Origin: Pristiophorus japonicus
Taxonomy: Eukaryota
DNA length: 64,000 bases
Assembly (NCBI RefSeq): GCF_044704955.1
Contig: NC_091977.1
Span: forward strand, 12,896,001-12,960,000
Direction of reading: 5' to 3'
The notes beneath the pieces are model-generated. The model made no database searches. It was given only the letters and a program-made list of their open reading frames with translations, and was not told the origin of the DNA. This document shows positions 46,796-59,279 of the stretch, one piece after another. How positions within the stretch are numbered: the stretch's first letter is position 1; every line of letters starts with the position of its first letter. A program made the position numbers and the translations under genes.

Positions 46796-49688
46796 AACAT
46801 AGAAACATAGAAACATAGAAAATAGGTGCAGGAGCAGGCCATTCAGCCCTTCTAGCCTGCACCGCCATTCAATGAGTTCATGGCTGAACATGAAACTTCA
46901 GTACCCCCTTCCTGCTTTCTCGCCATAACCCTTGATCCCCCTAGTAGTAAGGACTTCATCTAACTCCCTTTTGAATATATTTAGTGAATTGGCCTCAACT
47001 ACTTTCTGTGGTAGAGAATTCCACAGGTTCACCACTCTCTGGGTGAAGAAGTTTCTCCTCATCTCGGTCCTAAATGGCTTACCCCTTATCCTCAGACTGT
47101 GACCCCTGGTTCTGGACTTCCCCAACATTGGGAACATTCTTTCTGCATCTAACCTGTCTAAACCCGTCAGAATTTTAAACGTTTCTATGAGGTCCCCTCT
47201 CATTCTTCTGAACTCCAGTGAATACAAGCCCAGTTGATCCAATCTTTCTTGATAGGTCAGTCCCGCCATCCCGGGAATCAGTCTGGTGAACCTTCGCTGC
47301 ACTCCCTCAATAGCAAGAATGTCCTTCCTCAAGTTAGGAGACCAAAACTGTACACAATACTCCAGGTGTGGCCTCACCAAGGCCCTGTACAACTGTAGCA
47401 ACACCTCCCTGCCCCTGTATTCAAATCCCCTCGCTATGAAGGCCAACATGCCATTTGCTTTCTTAACCGCCTGCTGTACCTGCATGCTAACCTTCAATGA
47501 CTGATGTACCATGACACCCAGGTCTCGTTGCACCTTCCCTTTTCCTAATCTGTCACCATTCAGATAATAGTCTGTCTCTCTGTTTTTACCACCAAAGTGG
47601 ATAACCTCACATTTATCCACATTATACTTCATCTGCCATGCATTTGCCCACTCACCTAACCTATCCAAGTCGCTCTGCAGCCTCACAGCATCCTCCTCGC
47701 AGCTCACACTGCCACCCAACTTAGTGTCATCCGCAAATTTGGAGATACTGCATTTAATCCCCTCGTCTAAATCATTAATGTACAATGTAAACAACTGGGG
47801 CCCCAGCACAGAACCTTGCGGCACTCCACTAGTCACTGCCTGCCATTCTGAAAAGTACCCGTTTACTCCTACTCTTTGCTTCCTGTCTGACAACCAGTTC
47901 TCAATCCACGTCAGCACACTACCCCCAATCCCATGTGCTTTAACTTTGCACATTAATCTCTTGTGTGGGACCTTGTCGAAAGCCTTCTGAAAGTCCAAAT
48001 ATACCACATCAACTGGTTCTCCTTTGTCCACTTTACTGGAAACATCCTCAAAAAATTCCAGAAGATTTGTCAAGCATGATTTCCCTTTCACAAATCCATG
48101 CTGACTTGGACCTATCATGTCACCATTTTCCAGATGCACTGCTATGACATCCTTAATAATTGATTCCATCATTTTACCCACTACTGAGGTCAGGCTGACC
48201 GGTCTATAATTCCCTGTTTTCTCTCTCCCTCCTTTTTTAAAAAGTGGGGTTACATTGGCTACCCTCCACTCCATAGGAACTGATCCAGAGTCAATGGAAT
48301 GTTGGAAAATGACTGTCAATGCATCCGCTATTTCCAAGGCCACCTCCTTAAGTACTCTAGGATGCAGTCCATCAGGCCCTGGGGATTTATCGGCCTTCAA
48401 TCCCATCAATTTCCCCAACACAATTTCCCGACTAATAAAGATTTCCCTCAGTTCCCCCTCCTTACTAGACCCTCTGACCCCTTTTATATCCGGAAGGTTG
48501 TTTGTATCCTCCTTAGTGAATACCGAACCAAAGTACTTGTTCAATTGGTCTGCCATTTCTTTGTTCCCCGTTATGACTTCCCCTGATTCTGACTGCAGGG
48601 GACCTACGTTTGTCTTCACCAACCTTTTTCTCTTTACATACCTATAGAAACTTTTGCAATCCGCCTTAATGTTCCCTGCAAGCTTCTTCTCGTACTCCAT
48701 TTTCCCTGCCCTAATCAAACCCTTTGTCCTCCTCTGCTGAGTTCTAAATTTCTCCCAGTCCCCAGGTTCGCTGCTATTTCTGGCCAATTTGTATGCCACT
48801 TCCTTGGCTTTAATACTATCCCTGATTTCCCTTGATAGCCACGGTTGAGCCACCTTCCCTTTTTTATTTTTACGCCAGACAGGAATGTACAATTGTTGTA
48901 ATTCATCCATGCGGTCTCTAAATGTCTGCCATTGCCCATCCACAGTCAACCCCCTAAGTATCATTCGCCAATCTATCCTAGCCAATTCACGCCTCATACC
49001 TTCAAAGTTACCCTTCTTTAAGTTCTGGACCATGGTCTCTGAAATTACTGTTTCATTCTCCATCCTAATGCAGAATTCCACCATATTATGGTCACTCTTC
49101 CCCAAGGGGCCTCGCACAATGAGATTGCTAATTAATCCTCTCTCATTACACAACACCCAGTCTAAGATGGCCTCCCCCCTAGTTGGTTCCTCAACATATT
49201 GGTCTAGAAAACCATCCCTTATGCACTCCAGGAAATCCTCCTCCACCGTATTGCTTCCAGTTTGGCTAGCCCAATCTATGTGCATATTAAAGTCACCCAT
49301 TATAACTGCTACACCTTTATTGCATGCACCCCTAATTTCCTGTTTGATGCCCTCCCCAACATCCCTATTACTGTTTGGAGGTCTGTACACAACTCCTACT
49401 AACGTTTTTTGCCCTTTGGTGTTCTGAAGCTCTACCCATATAGATTCCACATCATCCAAGCTAATGTCTTTCCTAACTATTGCATTAATCTCCTCTTTAA
49501 CCAGCAATGCTACCCCACCTCCTTTTCCTTTTATTCTATCCTTCCTGAATGTTGAATACCCCTGGATGTTGAGTTCCCAGCCCTGATCATCCTGGAGCCA
49601 CGTCTCCGTAATCCCAATCACATCATATTTGTTAACATCTATTTGCACAATTAATTCATCCACCTTATTGCGGATACTCCTTGCATTA
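46796..49688 (-). mobile_element. Young 5'-truncated CR1 insertion
   Basis: (tttctatg)n tail; flanked by AGAAGA (46790-95, 49689-94); removal restores the gag-protease frame ELVEDEVLGLHTC. Confidence 0.95.
46898..49663 (-). CDS. CR1 ORF2, APE endonuclease plus reverse transcriptase (uninterrupted, N-terminus truncated)
   Basis: 921 codons without a stop: GITETW, YRPP, GDFN, SDH, NYRPVSL, DFQKAFD, GVPQGSVLGP, FADD. Confidence 0.95.
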   Translation of the reverse strand: MDELIVQIDVNKYDVIGITETWLQDDQGWELNIQGYSTFRKDRIKGKGGGVALLVKEEINAIVRKDISLDDVESIWVELQNTKGQKTLVGVVYRPPNSNRDVGEGIKQEIRGACNKGVAVIMGDFNMHIDWASQTGSNTVEEDFLECIRDGFLDQYVEEPTRGEAILDWVLCNERGLISNLIVRGPLGKSDHNMVEFCIRMENETVISETMVQNLKKGNFEGMRRELARIDWRMILRGLTVDGQWQTFRDRMDELQQLYIPVWRKNKKGKVAQPWLSREIRDSIKAKEVAYKLARNSSEPGDWEKFRTQQRRTKGLIRAGKMEYEKKLAGNIKADCKSFYRYVKRKRLVKTNVGPLQSESGEVITGNKEMADQLNKYFGSVFTKEDTNNLPDIKGVRGSSKEGELREIFISREIVLGKLMGLKADKSPGPDGLHPRVLKEVALEIADALTVIFQHSIDSGSVPMEWRVANVTPLFKKGGREKTGNYRPVSLTSVVGKMMESIIKDVIAVHLENGDMIGPSQHGFVKGKSCLTNLLEFFEDVSSKVDKGEPVDVVYLDFQKAFDKVPHKRLMCKVKAHGIGGSVLTWIENWLSDRKQRVGVNGYFSEWQAVTSGVPQGSVLGPQLFTLYINDLDEGIKCSISKFADDTKLGGSVSCEEDAVRLQSDLDRLGEWANAWQMKYNVDKCEVIHFGGKNRETDYYLNGDRLGKGKVQRDLGVMVHQSLKVSMQVQQAVKKANGMLAFIARGFEYRGREVLLQLYRALVRPHLEYCVQFWSPNLRKDILAIEGVQRRFTRLIPGMAGLTYQERLDQLGLYSLEFRRMRGDLIETFKILTGLDRLDAERMFPMLGKSRTRGHSLRIRGKPFRTEMRRNFFTQRVVNLWNSLPQKVVEANSLNIFKRELDEVLTTRGIKGYGEKAGRGY

Positions 49689-50129
49689 AGAAGATGAGGT
49701 GTTGGGACTGCACACGTGTAACGACGATTTGCCCCCAGTGATAAGTGAAGTAAAAATCAACGGAGTCCCAGTGAGTATGGAAGTGGACACGGGCTCGGGT
49801 CCGTCGTTGATGAGTCGGAGAACTTTTGATAAACTGTGGATTAACCCAGCTGCATGACCCAAGCTGGTCCCGGTCACGGCGAAGCTGCGAACTAATACCT
49901 GTTCTCGGCAGAGCGGAGGTGCAGGTATCCCACGGGGACGAGGTGCACGGTTTATCTTTGTGGGTCGTTGCAGGCGATGGGCCGACACTCCTCGGCCGGA
50001 GGTGGATGGGGACGGTCTGTGGGAGCTGGGAAGACTTCATCCCTCCACAGGCTGCTGCTCCCCGGGGTGCTGCCGTGCCCCTGGTCCCCAGAGAGCAGCG
50101 CCGACCGAGCTGGAGCTGCAGCCTCAATC

Positions 50130-50630
50130 CACCCACAGGCAAGTCCCAGGCCCGGACCTCACACAGAGACCCTGCAACCTTAATCCCCACAGGCAAGTCC
50201 CAGCCCCGGACCTCACACAGAGACCCTGCAGCCCCAGCCCCCACAGGCAAGTCCCAGGCCCGGACCTCACACAGAGACCCTGCAGCCCCAGCCCCCACAG
50301 GCAAGTCCCAGGCCCGGACCTCACACCGAGACCCTGCAGCCTCAGCCCCCACAGGCAAGTCCCAGGCCCAGACCTCACACAGAGATCCTGCAGCCTTAAT
50401 CCCCACAGGCAAGTCCCAGCCCCGGACCTCACACAGAGACCCTGCAGCCCCAGCCCCCACAGGCAAGCCCCAGGCCCGGATCTCACACAGAGACCCTGCA
50501 GCCCCAGCCCCCACAGGCAAGCCCCAGGCCCGGATCTCACACAGAGACCCTGCAGCCCCAGCCCCCACAGGCGAGCCCCAGGCCTGGATCTCACACAGAG
50601 ACCCTGCAGTCCCAGCCCCCACAGGCAAGC
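50130..50630. repeat. 54-bp VNTR (~9 copies) inside the Gypsy element
   Basis: Unit cccacaggcaagtcccaggcccggacctcacacagagaccctgcagccccagcc. Confidence 0.95.
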
Positions 50631-51669
50631 AGCCCTGCACAGAGGGGCCCAAGGGGGGGTGGGGGTGAGCCGGCGGGGCGCTGCGGGCGGGGTGCTGAGG
50701 GATCCAGGGGCCGGCGGTTCGGAAGGGCCCCGCAGAGGAAGAGGCCTTTGGGCGGGCCCCGAGGAGCTGGTAGCGTCGGTCGGCGGCCATGGCAGCCACA
50801 GGGGAGGCGGCTACAGTGGCCGCCGGAGAAGCGACGATGACGGCCGCAGGGGAGGCGGCAAGTCAGGTGGCAGCGGAGGGGAGCGGAGGCTGCGACGGCG
50901 GAGGGCATTCGGAGCGGCGGAGAAGAAGATGGCGGCGGAATCGTGTCGGAGCTGCAGAGCATCAAAGATGGCGGCGCCCAAGGAGAAGCTTCGTGGAATC
51001 CTCCTGCATCAAAGATGGTGCCTTAAAGAGGAAATGCACCCGGGAGTCTTAAAAGGGCCTTACAAAGAGGTGGTCCCCACAAAGGACTTCTGTTTGGCAG
51101 AGCGAGTCCAAAATGAGCTATGTTAATGTGAGATAGTGAATTTATAATAAGAATTACTTTTTTTATGCTGAATGGCCACTGTATTTGTGTAAAATAATGG
51201 ATGGAGTACAATTAATGATAACGGCTAACAAGGAAATCAAGGTTCCGCTACCAGTCAATAACCAGTTAATGTACCAGATAAAATGTACCATACTAATACA
51301 CTGTCTATGCCCACCTGCCTTCTGTTGGACAAGTGTGATGTTATGTATTGATGTATGTATCGTTGTCCTGCATCCAGGTGGGGGGGGGGGGGGAAGGTGA
51401 TGTTATGTAATGATGTGTGTATCGTCCCAGTACCTTAAATGTATTGTAAGCACTATGCCACACCACAGAGGGCGCTGTGGTGGGAAACCCTGGTAGTACC
51501 TGTAACAAGGGCTATATAAGGCTGACCACCACACCTGGGAGGCACTCTGGAGCTGAACAATAAAGGACGAAGGTCACAGCAGTTAGACTTACACCAGACC
51601 GTGTGGAGTCAGTGATTTGTGTGCTACATACACCACAGCTGACAATACAAAGGTGGGACATTAAGCTTT

Positions 51670-53105
51670 TATTTTATTCGTTCATGGGATGTGGGGGTCG
51701 CTGACAACGTCAACATTTATTGCCCATCCCTAATTGCCCTTGAGAAAATGGTGGTGAGTCGCCTTCTTGAACCAGTGCAGTCTGTGTGGTGAAGGTACCC
51801 CCACAGTGCCGTTCGGGAGGGAGTTCCAGAATTTTGACCCAGCGACGATGAAGGAACGGCGATATACTTCCAAGTCAGGATGGTGTGTGACTTTAAGGGG
51901 AACGTGGAGGTGGTGGTGCTCCCATGAGCCTGCTGCCCTTGTCCTTCTAGGTGGTAGATGTTGTGGGTTTGGGAGGTGCAGCCGAAGAAGCCTTGGTGCG
52001 TTGCTGCAGTGCATCTTGTAGATGGTACACACTGCAGCCACGGTACATCAGTGATGGAGGGAGTGAATGTTGAAGGTGGCGGATGGGGGGCCAATCAAGC
52101 GGGCTGCTTTGTCCTGGATGGTGTCAAGTTTCTTGAGTGTTGTTGGAGCTGCATTCATCCAGGCAAGTGGAGAGTGTTACATCACACTCTGAGGTTCTGC
52201 AGGGCTTAGTGCTGGGTTCCTTGCTTTTTGTTGTATATATCAATGCCTTGGACTTGAATGTTGGGGATATGATTAAGAAGTTTACAGATGACACTAAAAT
52301 AGGTGTGATAATGAAGAAGAAAGCTGCAGACTGCAGGAATATATCAGTGTACTGGACAGGTGGGCAGAGCTGTAGCAAATGGAATTCAATCCAGATACGT
52401 GTGAGGTAATGCATTTGGGGAATACACATTAAATGGTGTGACCCCATGAGACTTCATGGGGTCCGGAGTCAATGTTGAGGACTCCCAGGGCTACTTCCTC
52501 CCGACTGTATACCACTGTGCTGCCACCTCTGGTGGGTCTGTCCTGCTGGTGGGACAGGATATACCCAGTGATGGTGATGGAGGAGTCTGGGACATTGGCT
52601 GAAAGGTCTGATTCTGTAAGTATGACTATGTCAGGCTTTGTTTGTGGGACAACTCTCCCAATGTTGGCACAAGTCCCCAGATGTTTGTGTGAAGGACTTT
52701 GCAGGGTCGTTTTGGCTGGGTGTGCCGTTGTCGTGTCTGTAGCCGGTGCCAAGGTCGATGCCAGGTGGCCCGTCCATTTTTTTCTTATTTTTTATAGCGG
52801 TTGTGTACAACTGAGTGGCTTGCTAGGGCAGTTAAGAGTCAACCAGATTGCTGTGGGTCTGGAGTCAAATATACGCCAGACTGGGTAAGGACGGCAGATT
52901 TCCTTCTCTAAAGGACATTCGTGAACCAGATGGGTTTTTGTGACAATCCGGTAGATTATTACTGATAGTAGCTTTTTATTCCAGATTGATTTATTTAATT
53001 CACTGAATTTAAATTCCCCAGCTGCCTTGGTGGGATTTGAACTCATGTCTCTGGATCATTAGTCCAGGCCGCTGGATTACTGGCCCAGTGTCGTTACCAC
53101 TGCTA
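51670..53105 (-). mobile_element. Internally deleted LINE with a tRNA-like 5' head, interrupted by a CR1 fragment (52190-52435, +)
   Basis: Head with B box GAGTTCAAATCC; then endonuclease remnant KPDIVILTES...DRPTRGG; then ORF2 C-terminus AAVCTIYKMHCS...KFWNSLP. Confidence 0.7.
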
Positions 53106-53109
53106 CAGC

Positions 53110-53980
53110 TCCCGGTAAAGCTGTGAGGAGAACACAAAGCATCTGCAAAGCGATATAGATAGACTAAGTGAGTGAGCAGTAAGGTGTCAGGTGAAGTATA
53201 ATGTAAAGAAATATGAGGTTATTCATTTTGGAATAGAAAAACAGAACATTTTTTAAATGGTGAGAATCTTTTTAATGTTGGTGTTGAGAGAGATTTGAAT
53301 GTTCTGGTGCAAGAAACACAGAAAGCTAGCATGCAGATACAACAAGCAATAAGGAAGGCAAATGGTATGTTGCCCTTTATTGCAAGGGGCTGAAGTATAA
53401 GAGTGAGGAAGTCTTGCTACAATTATACAGGGCCTTGGTGAGACCACACCTGGAGTACTGTCACAGTTTTGGTCTCATTATCTAACGAAGGTTATACTTG
53501 CCTTGGAGGCAGTGCAATGAAGGTTCACTAGATTGATTCCTGGGATGAAAGAACTGTCTTATGATGAGAGATTGTGTAGAATGGGCCTATACTCTCTGGA
53601 GTTTAGAAGAATGAGACGTGATCTCATAAGATTCTGAAGGGGATTGACAGGGTAGATGCTGAGAGGTTGTTTCCCCCTGGCTGGAGTGTCTGGAACCAGG
53701 GGGCACAGTCTCAGGATAAGGGGGAGGTCATTTAAGACAGAGATGAGGAGCAATTTCTTCACTCAGGGTTGTGAATCTTTGGAATTCTCTGTCTCAGAGG
53801 GCTGTGGATACTCTGAATATATTCAAGGCTGAGATAGATAGATTTTTGAAGTCTAGGGGAATCAAGGGATATGGAGATTGAGCAGGAAAGTGGAGTTGAG
53901 GTCGATGATCAGCCATGATCTTTTGAATGGTGGAGCAGACCCGAGGCCCATTAGGGCCTACTCCTGCTCCTATTTCGTAT
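53110..53980 (+). mobile_element. Old CR1 3' fragment
   Basis: Nucleotide similarity to the other CR1 3' ends in the window. Confidence 0.8.
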
Positions 53981-54019
53981 GAAGTGGTCTGAGGAACTGA
54001 ACTGAGAGATTGATCCCAC

Positions 54020-56900
54020 AAATGACTGGGAGAGGGCAGGCATCAAGGTTGTCTGACATTGCACTGGAGGCCTTGTTGCAGGAGATGGAGAGGAGGAGGG
54101 ACATCATCTATGACCAGGGGGGCAGGAGGTGAAGAGGAGGAGGGACATCTTTTATCCCCAGGGGGGAAGGGCGCCCTCATACCACATGCTGAGGACGCAG
54201 TGGGAGGAGATCACATAGGAGGTGAATGCAAGGAATGTGGGCCACGTACCTGGATGCCGTTGAAACAAGTTCAATTATCTGACAAGAGTTGTCAAGGTAC
54301 GATCGATCTTCAAATGGTTTCTCATAACAGCTGCTCCGCTAGCCTCATCACTGCTGAATTAACACCATCCCCATTCCTCACCGCCTACAATCTCTATTAA
54401 TCGGGACTGAACACTTCAATCAACATGCTAGATATCACCCTCTCACACTCTGTACTGTAGGAAACCTCACACCAACAATTCGCTTCTCACACATTGACAC
54501 ACACACACATTCTGAGCTATTCAGTCAGTGACATCACCCAGACAAGTTGCACAACACTCTAACACACTTCCCTCATTCTTGTGGTGGGTGACACACAACA
54601 GGAGGCAGCAGCAAGAAACTGGAGCAGACAGTTCTTGCAATAATAGCAATGGGAGGGGGCGTCGCTGAGGCCGTGGTCACTGGTGACACTGGAGGGATCG
54701 ATGATCATGGGTTCGACCAATCTAATCTTCCTCTCCTCACTCCCCCCTCACCCCACACACACTGAATGAGAGGTTACAGATGGTGTCAGCACACACTTCT
54801 TCCTCTCTCCTCTCACCACAGCATTAACCTTTGTCCCTTTTTAATTTCAGCTCCCAAGAAGTGGAAGCTCTCAGCCAGTGGCGGAGGAAGAAGAGAACGA
54901 TGATGCAGATGCACCGTGCCTTGATTTCACTCTGCCAGCTCAGAGACTGACCTCTGCGGACCTCAGAGGCTCGGATAGAGGAGGGATCTGCACATGGTCA
55001 CTGGGGAAATGTGCGAAGGAGCCAGGGCTGGGGGAGGGGAAAGGACACCACAGGTGGTGCTCACTGGAGGGTAAGGTCGTACACTAGAGGACTCAGATGG
55101 GTACGTCAATGGGCCAGGCTACAGAGGAAGGCTGATGGGCGAGCACAACAAAATGCTTTTTGCACTGTGAGGCCTGAGCACAATGTCAAGGAGCATGGAG
55201 GAGTTGGTGCAGTGCTTTACACAGAGCTTGGAGCCCATCCTTTCCAACATGGGAAAGGGGGTCAGCCTGATCAGCACGGCTGTAGAATGCACCATTGTGG
55301 AGCATCTGAAGACCAATCTGGCAGCTTCTATCACAGCACAAACTGCTTCCTTGGAGGCTGAGACTGCTGCCATCGTGGCTCTGGGTGCCAATGTTAAAAG
55401 GGCCTTCACAGGTGCATTATCAAACATCATGGGCCACCCCAACCTGTGTCGCACCACAGGTCGGGGCTATAAATAGAGCTGGAGCACTGGGCCCTGGAAC
55501 ATCCTGGGCGAATGTGCGGCGAATACAGGGGCCCAGAAGAGCCGAGGGCCCAGGGGCAGCATGGTCCAGCCCACAATGCGATGTGTGTGTGCACTAGGTC
55601 AGTGCAACAGAGCAGATCTCCACTCGTCCTGGTTAACCCTTGCCACTGGATAAAGGCCGTGTGGTGGCTGGTGTGCAACGGGTCACCACACGTTAAAAAA
55701 ATCCACGCACAGGCATCTTCCACCCCCTCAATTGGAGTTCAGGACTGGAACATCGGGTCCTTCATTGAAACATGTGTGAAGTCTTGTGGAAGCAAGTCAT
55801 CCTCGTTCGAGGGACCGCCTATGGTGATGATCAAACAAAAATATCATACCGAGCCATTATTAGAGATATTAGGAGGTGAGCAAAAGCTTGGTCAAAGAGT
55901 TACGTTTTCACAAGCTTCTTTAAGGAGGAGAAAGGGATAGAGAAGTTTAGGGAGGGAATTCCACAAATTAGAACCTCGGCAGCTGAAGGCAGGTCCACCA
56001 ATGCTGGATGATTGAAATCAGGGATTCACAAGAGGCTAGAATTGGTGAAGCGCAGAGATCTCAGAGGGTTATAGGGCTGGAGGTTACAGAACTAGGGAGG
56101 CGTGGGGCCATGGAGTGATTTGAACACGAGGATGAGAAATTAAATTCGAGGCGTTGCTGGACCAGGAGCCAATGCAGGCCAGCGAGCACAGGGGTGATGA
56201 TGGAATAGGACTTGGTGCAAGTTAAACAGACAGTAGATTTTTGGATGAGCTGAAGTTTATGGAGGGTGGACGGAGCACCAGCATAGAGAAAGAAACATGA
56301 TGACAGGGGCTAAGGGAATGCACAAGTGTGGTGAGTTTTATTTTGTATGCATAATGCAATGATTATTTTGATGGTTGTTGATTTGAATGTGTATCTGGTG
56401 TTTATTGTGTCTATAGTCAAGTGAGGAAGATAGCAATAAGTTGACAGAAAGAGGACAATGCAATGGTTATTGAGAGAGGAAAGGTAAGAAGTGTGGCAAT
56501 GATGGTGAATGGAGAGATGCAGTTCAGGTCAATGGGAGTGTTCCCAAGTGAGCTAGTTTCTTCAACCCCTGGATTCATGGGGGTTGGTACCTCTCATCCC
56601 TCTCCTCTTCCTCTATCTCTTCTCCTTCCTTCACTTGCTGTTCCTCCACCTCTCCTCCACCTTTTCCTCTTCACTTCCTCTTTCTGTTCCAGCTCTTCCT
56701 CTTCTACTTGCACATTATCTTACTTATCACCCTGTTCCTGCTCCTCCTCCTCATTTCATCATCTGGCAGGTGATGGTAAGGGCTCCAGTCTCTCGTCACC
56801 AGAAAGGTGATCTGGGAGCCAAAGCAGCCTTAAACAAAACTTGATTAGCTCCCTCGACGGAAAATAGCCAGCAGTGTAACGTACACAATTGCACCAGTGG
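54020..56900. mobile_element. Second degenerate Harbinger element
   Basis: Plus-strand Myb-like exon (SRLSDIALEALLQEMERRRDII...QWEEI) with later exons; minus-strand CTLH and Glu-rich tail remnant at 56590-56900; interrupted by L2 and SINE pieces. Confidence 0.6.
55427..55829 (+). mobile_element. RTE-dependent SINE-like element
   Basis: 3' end gaagcaagtcatcctcgttcgagggaccgcctatggtgatg matches the RTE tail at 520-565; TSD ATCAAACA (55419-26, 55830-37). Confidence 0.75.
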
Positions 56901-57631
56901 GGCAATGTCGATTCTTGTTGGGTAAGGGTATTGAGGGATATGGAGTAAAGGTGGGGAAATGGAGTTGAGGTACACATAAACCATGATCTGATTGAATGAC
57001 GGAGCAGGCTCGGGGGCTGAATGGCCTCCTCCTGTTCTTATGTTTCCACTGCTGCCAAGTTCTGAGGTTACGTTGTGAATGTTTAAAAATGTATAGAGAC
57101 ATTGAAGTTGAGAATGTGGGAATTGTATAGGGACAGTATAAGCTAACAATGAATTCATGGAGGAATAGCCATGACATCTCAGACTCGAGACTGCAAAATG
57201 TTACAACACTAACACATATTGAAACAAAACCCACAGCTTGCAGAAAAACCTCAAGGTCTTATTAAATCATGTTATTAACCTGAAACATTAACAGAAGGTC
57301 TTTGTTTAAAATCAGACCATACTTAGGTCGGCTTATGAGTGGACAAAGGGAAAGAGGGATCAAAAGGGATAGGCTGGACTAGGATGTCACTCTAGCCCTA
57401 TCTTGTTATCTTTTGCCGAAAATGTATAACCGTCGTGCCTTTACAATGTAACGTCACTTTTTCCGTAGGAAGTGGGTGCGTTCTATCAGAGTGCATTCCT
57501 TCTGTCTGATAAGGTCCCCGATCGGGATTTGCTTTTTAAATAAAAGCTTGCTTTGTTTAAAGCACAAACGGTATTCGTTTCAGTAATTTTGCTGAACCAG
57601 ATTGAGATAAAAGAATCCAGAAATCAACATT

Positions 57632-57649
57632 TGGTGTCAGAAGTGGGAT
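57632..57649 (+). promoter_or_regulatory. Primer binding site, tRNA-Leu
   Basis: TGGTGTCAGAAGTGGGAT is complementary to the 3' end ATCCCACTTCTGACACCA of vertebrate tRNA-Leu(CAA/CAG). Confidence 0.9.
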
Positions 57650-59279
57650 CTCAACGGACGACTGCCGAAAACTTGCGAATTAAGAGCCAGACTAGCCTTG
57701 GGCAAGACGAGGGGAAAGTGGCCACTGGAGTGAGTATGATTTCAATACTGCTCCAGTTTCCCCCGGTTTCAAAAGTCTGAGGAAAGTTTAGCCACTCGCT
57801 GGTTCTCAGGTAGTGTCTGAACGAGATCCAGGACAATCTGGTGAATACCTTTCAAACTTAGAATAGGGATAGAGATAGGGAAATTGCACGGTGACGCAAA
57901 CCAAGCGGCGACTTGGAAAGATAGGTTAGAAGTAGATCCGTGCGACGACACGGAAAGTAGGGATAGTTAGAGCTAGATAGGGATAGATGATCAATTATGG
58001 ATCCAAAAATTAATAGGAAAGAAAAGAGACTCTTGTGAACGTTTGTTTTAAATGAGAAATGCTTGTGTGATTTTTACTGTGTAAAAAAAAAAAAGCCGGG
58101 GAGTTGTGGTTTGTTTTAGCTCCACCCACTTTTTCAAACAGAATGAAAGTTTTTTTTAACCCTTCGTAGTGTTGTCCTGTATGTGGGAAGTTTAAGAGTG
58201 TGAACCTTATTGAATTACGTATATTCGGATGATAAGTTACGGAGCCAGGAAATGCACAAAGGATAGGTTTGTTGAGTAAAAAAAAAAGAAAAAAATACAT
58301 GGTCCCGGTGGTTAAAAAAGGATTTGACATGCTCACTTACTTGTCGAAAGAAAATATTCAGAGAAGGCACAGCAAAACAACTGAGATGGATTCAAAAGGA
58401 TTCAAAAAAAATATTATATTAAATAACACGACCTTGAGGCTGGAACAATTGAGATAACGAAAAGCAGTCCACAGCCTACATGCCAGACTTCCCTCTAGTT
58501 ATGGAAAAGACAAAAAAAAAGTAACGTACTAAATAGGTGCTGAAAGAAAAAAAAAATGTTCTGAGATTTTAAATTATGAGAAAAATTCCACTGCAGTCTA
58601 AAAAAAAATTCACTCCTGTCGAGTTGGCAGAAAAACTCCATTAAATTAGGGCTTTCATTGACAGAAGGAGGACATATTAAAAACCGTAGACGTCTTAAAG
58701 AAAGAGTGCACACACGAGAAACGTACTCAGAGTTCCACTGGGACCTCTGAGAAATGTATCGATAGACTACGTAGTTAAAATGGTTGGCTTTGCGTTGACC
58801 GAGGCTGATGACAAAATTGAATTTCAGGAAACAAATGTGTGGTCTCGTTTTAAATCAATTAAAAAATATCTTTGGCAAGTACTTGAATAAGAAGTTAAAA
58901 AATGCTGCCTTTCCTGATGAAAAGATTTTTTTTTCAGATGGTTACGAGAAGTCACGTAATGACATCAGGTCTTCTTACAAACCTGTAAAGGAGTTAACCC
59001 TTTCCATTGACAGCCGTTTCATACTGAACATTATCAATTTGGATTTCTTAATAGAAAAAAGACTCACCTAACAGAGGAATGGTGCGATAGTCAGAATAAA
59101 AATAAAAACAGAACTAGCTTATGTAATAATACTTGCCTGATACAATAAAGAAATAGATACTCAAACAAAACAAATTGAAGAGTTAAAAGGCTAAGATAAA
59201 TAAGCTGAAAGGGATCCACAAACCCAACTTAACCCTGACCTCCGATTTCACGGAGTGACCTCGACATGCATGGATATAA

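Larger units (their letters stand above)
45409..51637 (+). mobile_element. Non-autonomous Gypsy (Mag-like) LTR retrotransposon
   Basis: 237-bp LTRs (45409-45877 minus a 232-bp insert; 51401-51637) differing at 3 positions; flanks GCTAAC/GCTGAC; PBS TGGCAACAAGG; G-rich PPT; gag with two CCHC knuckles; protease MEVDTG...LLGRRW; no RT, RNase H or integrase. Confidence 0.95.

Noticed and set aside
49651-51126. Overlapping 382- and 388-aa ORFs
   Set aside because: Kept open by a GC-rich 54-bp VNTR; only the protease frame has homology.
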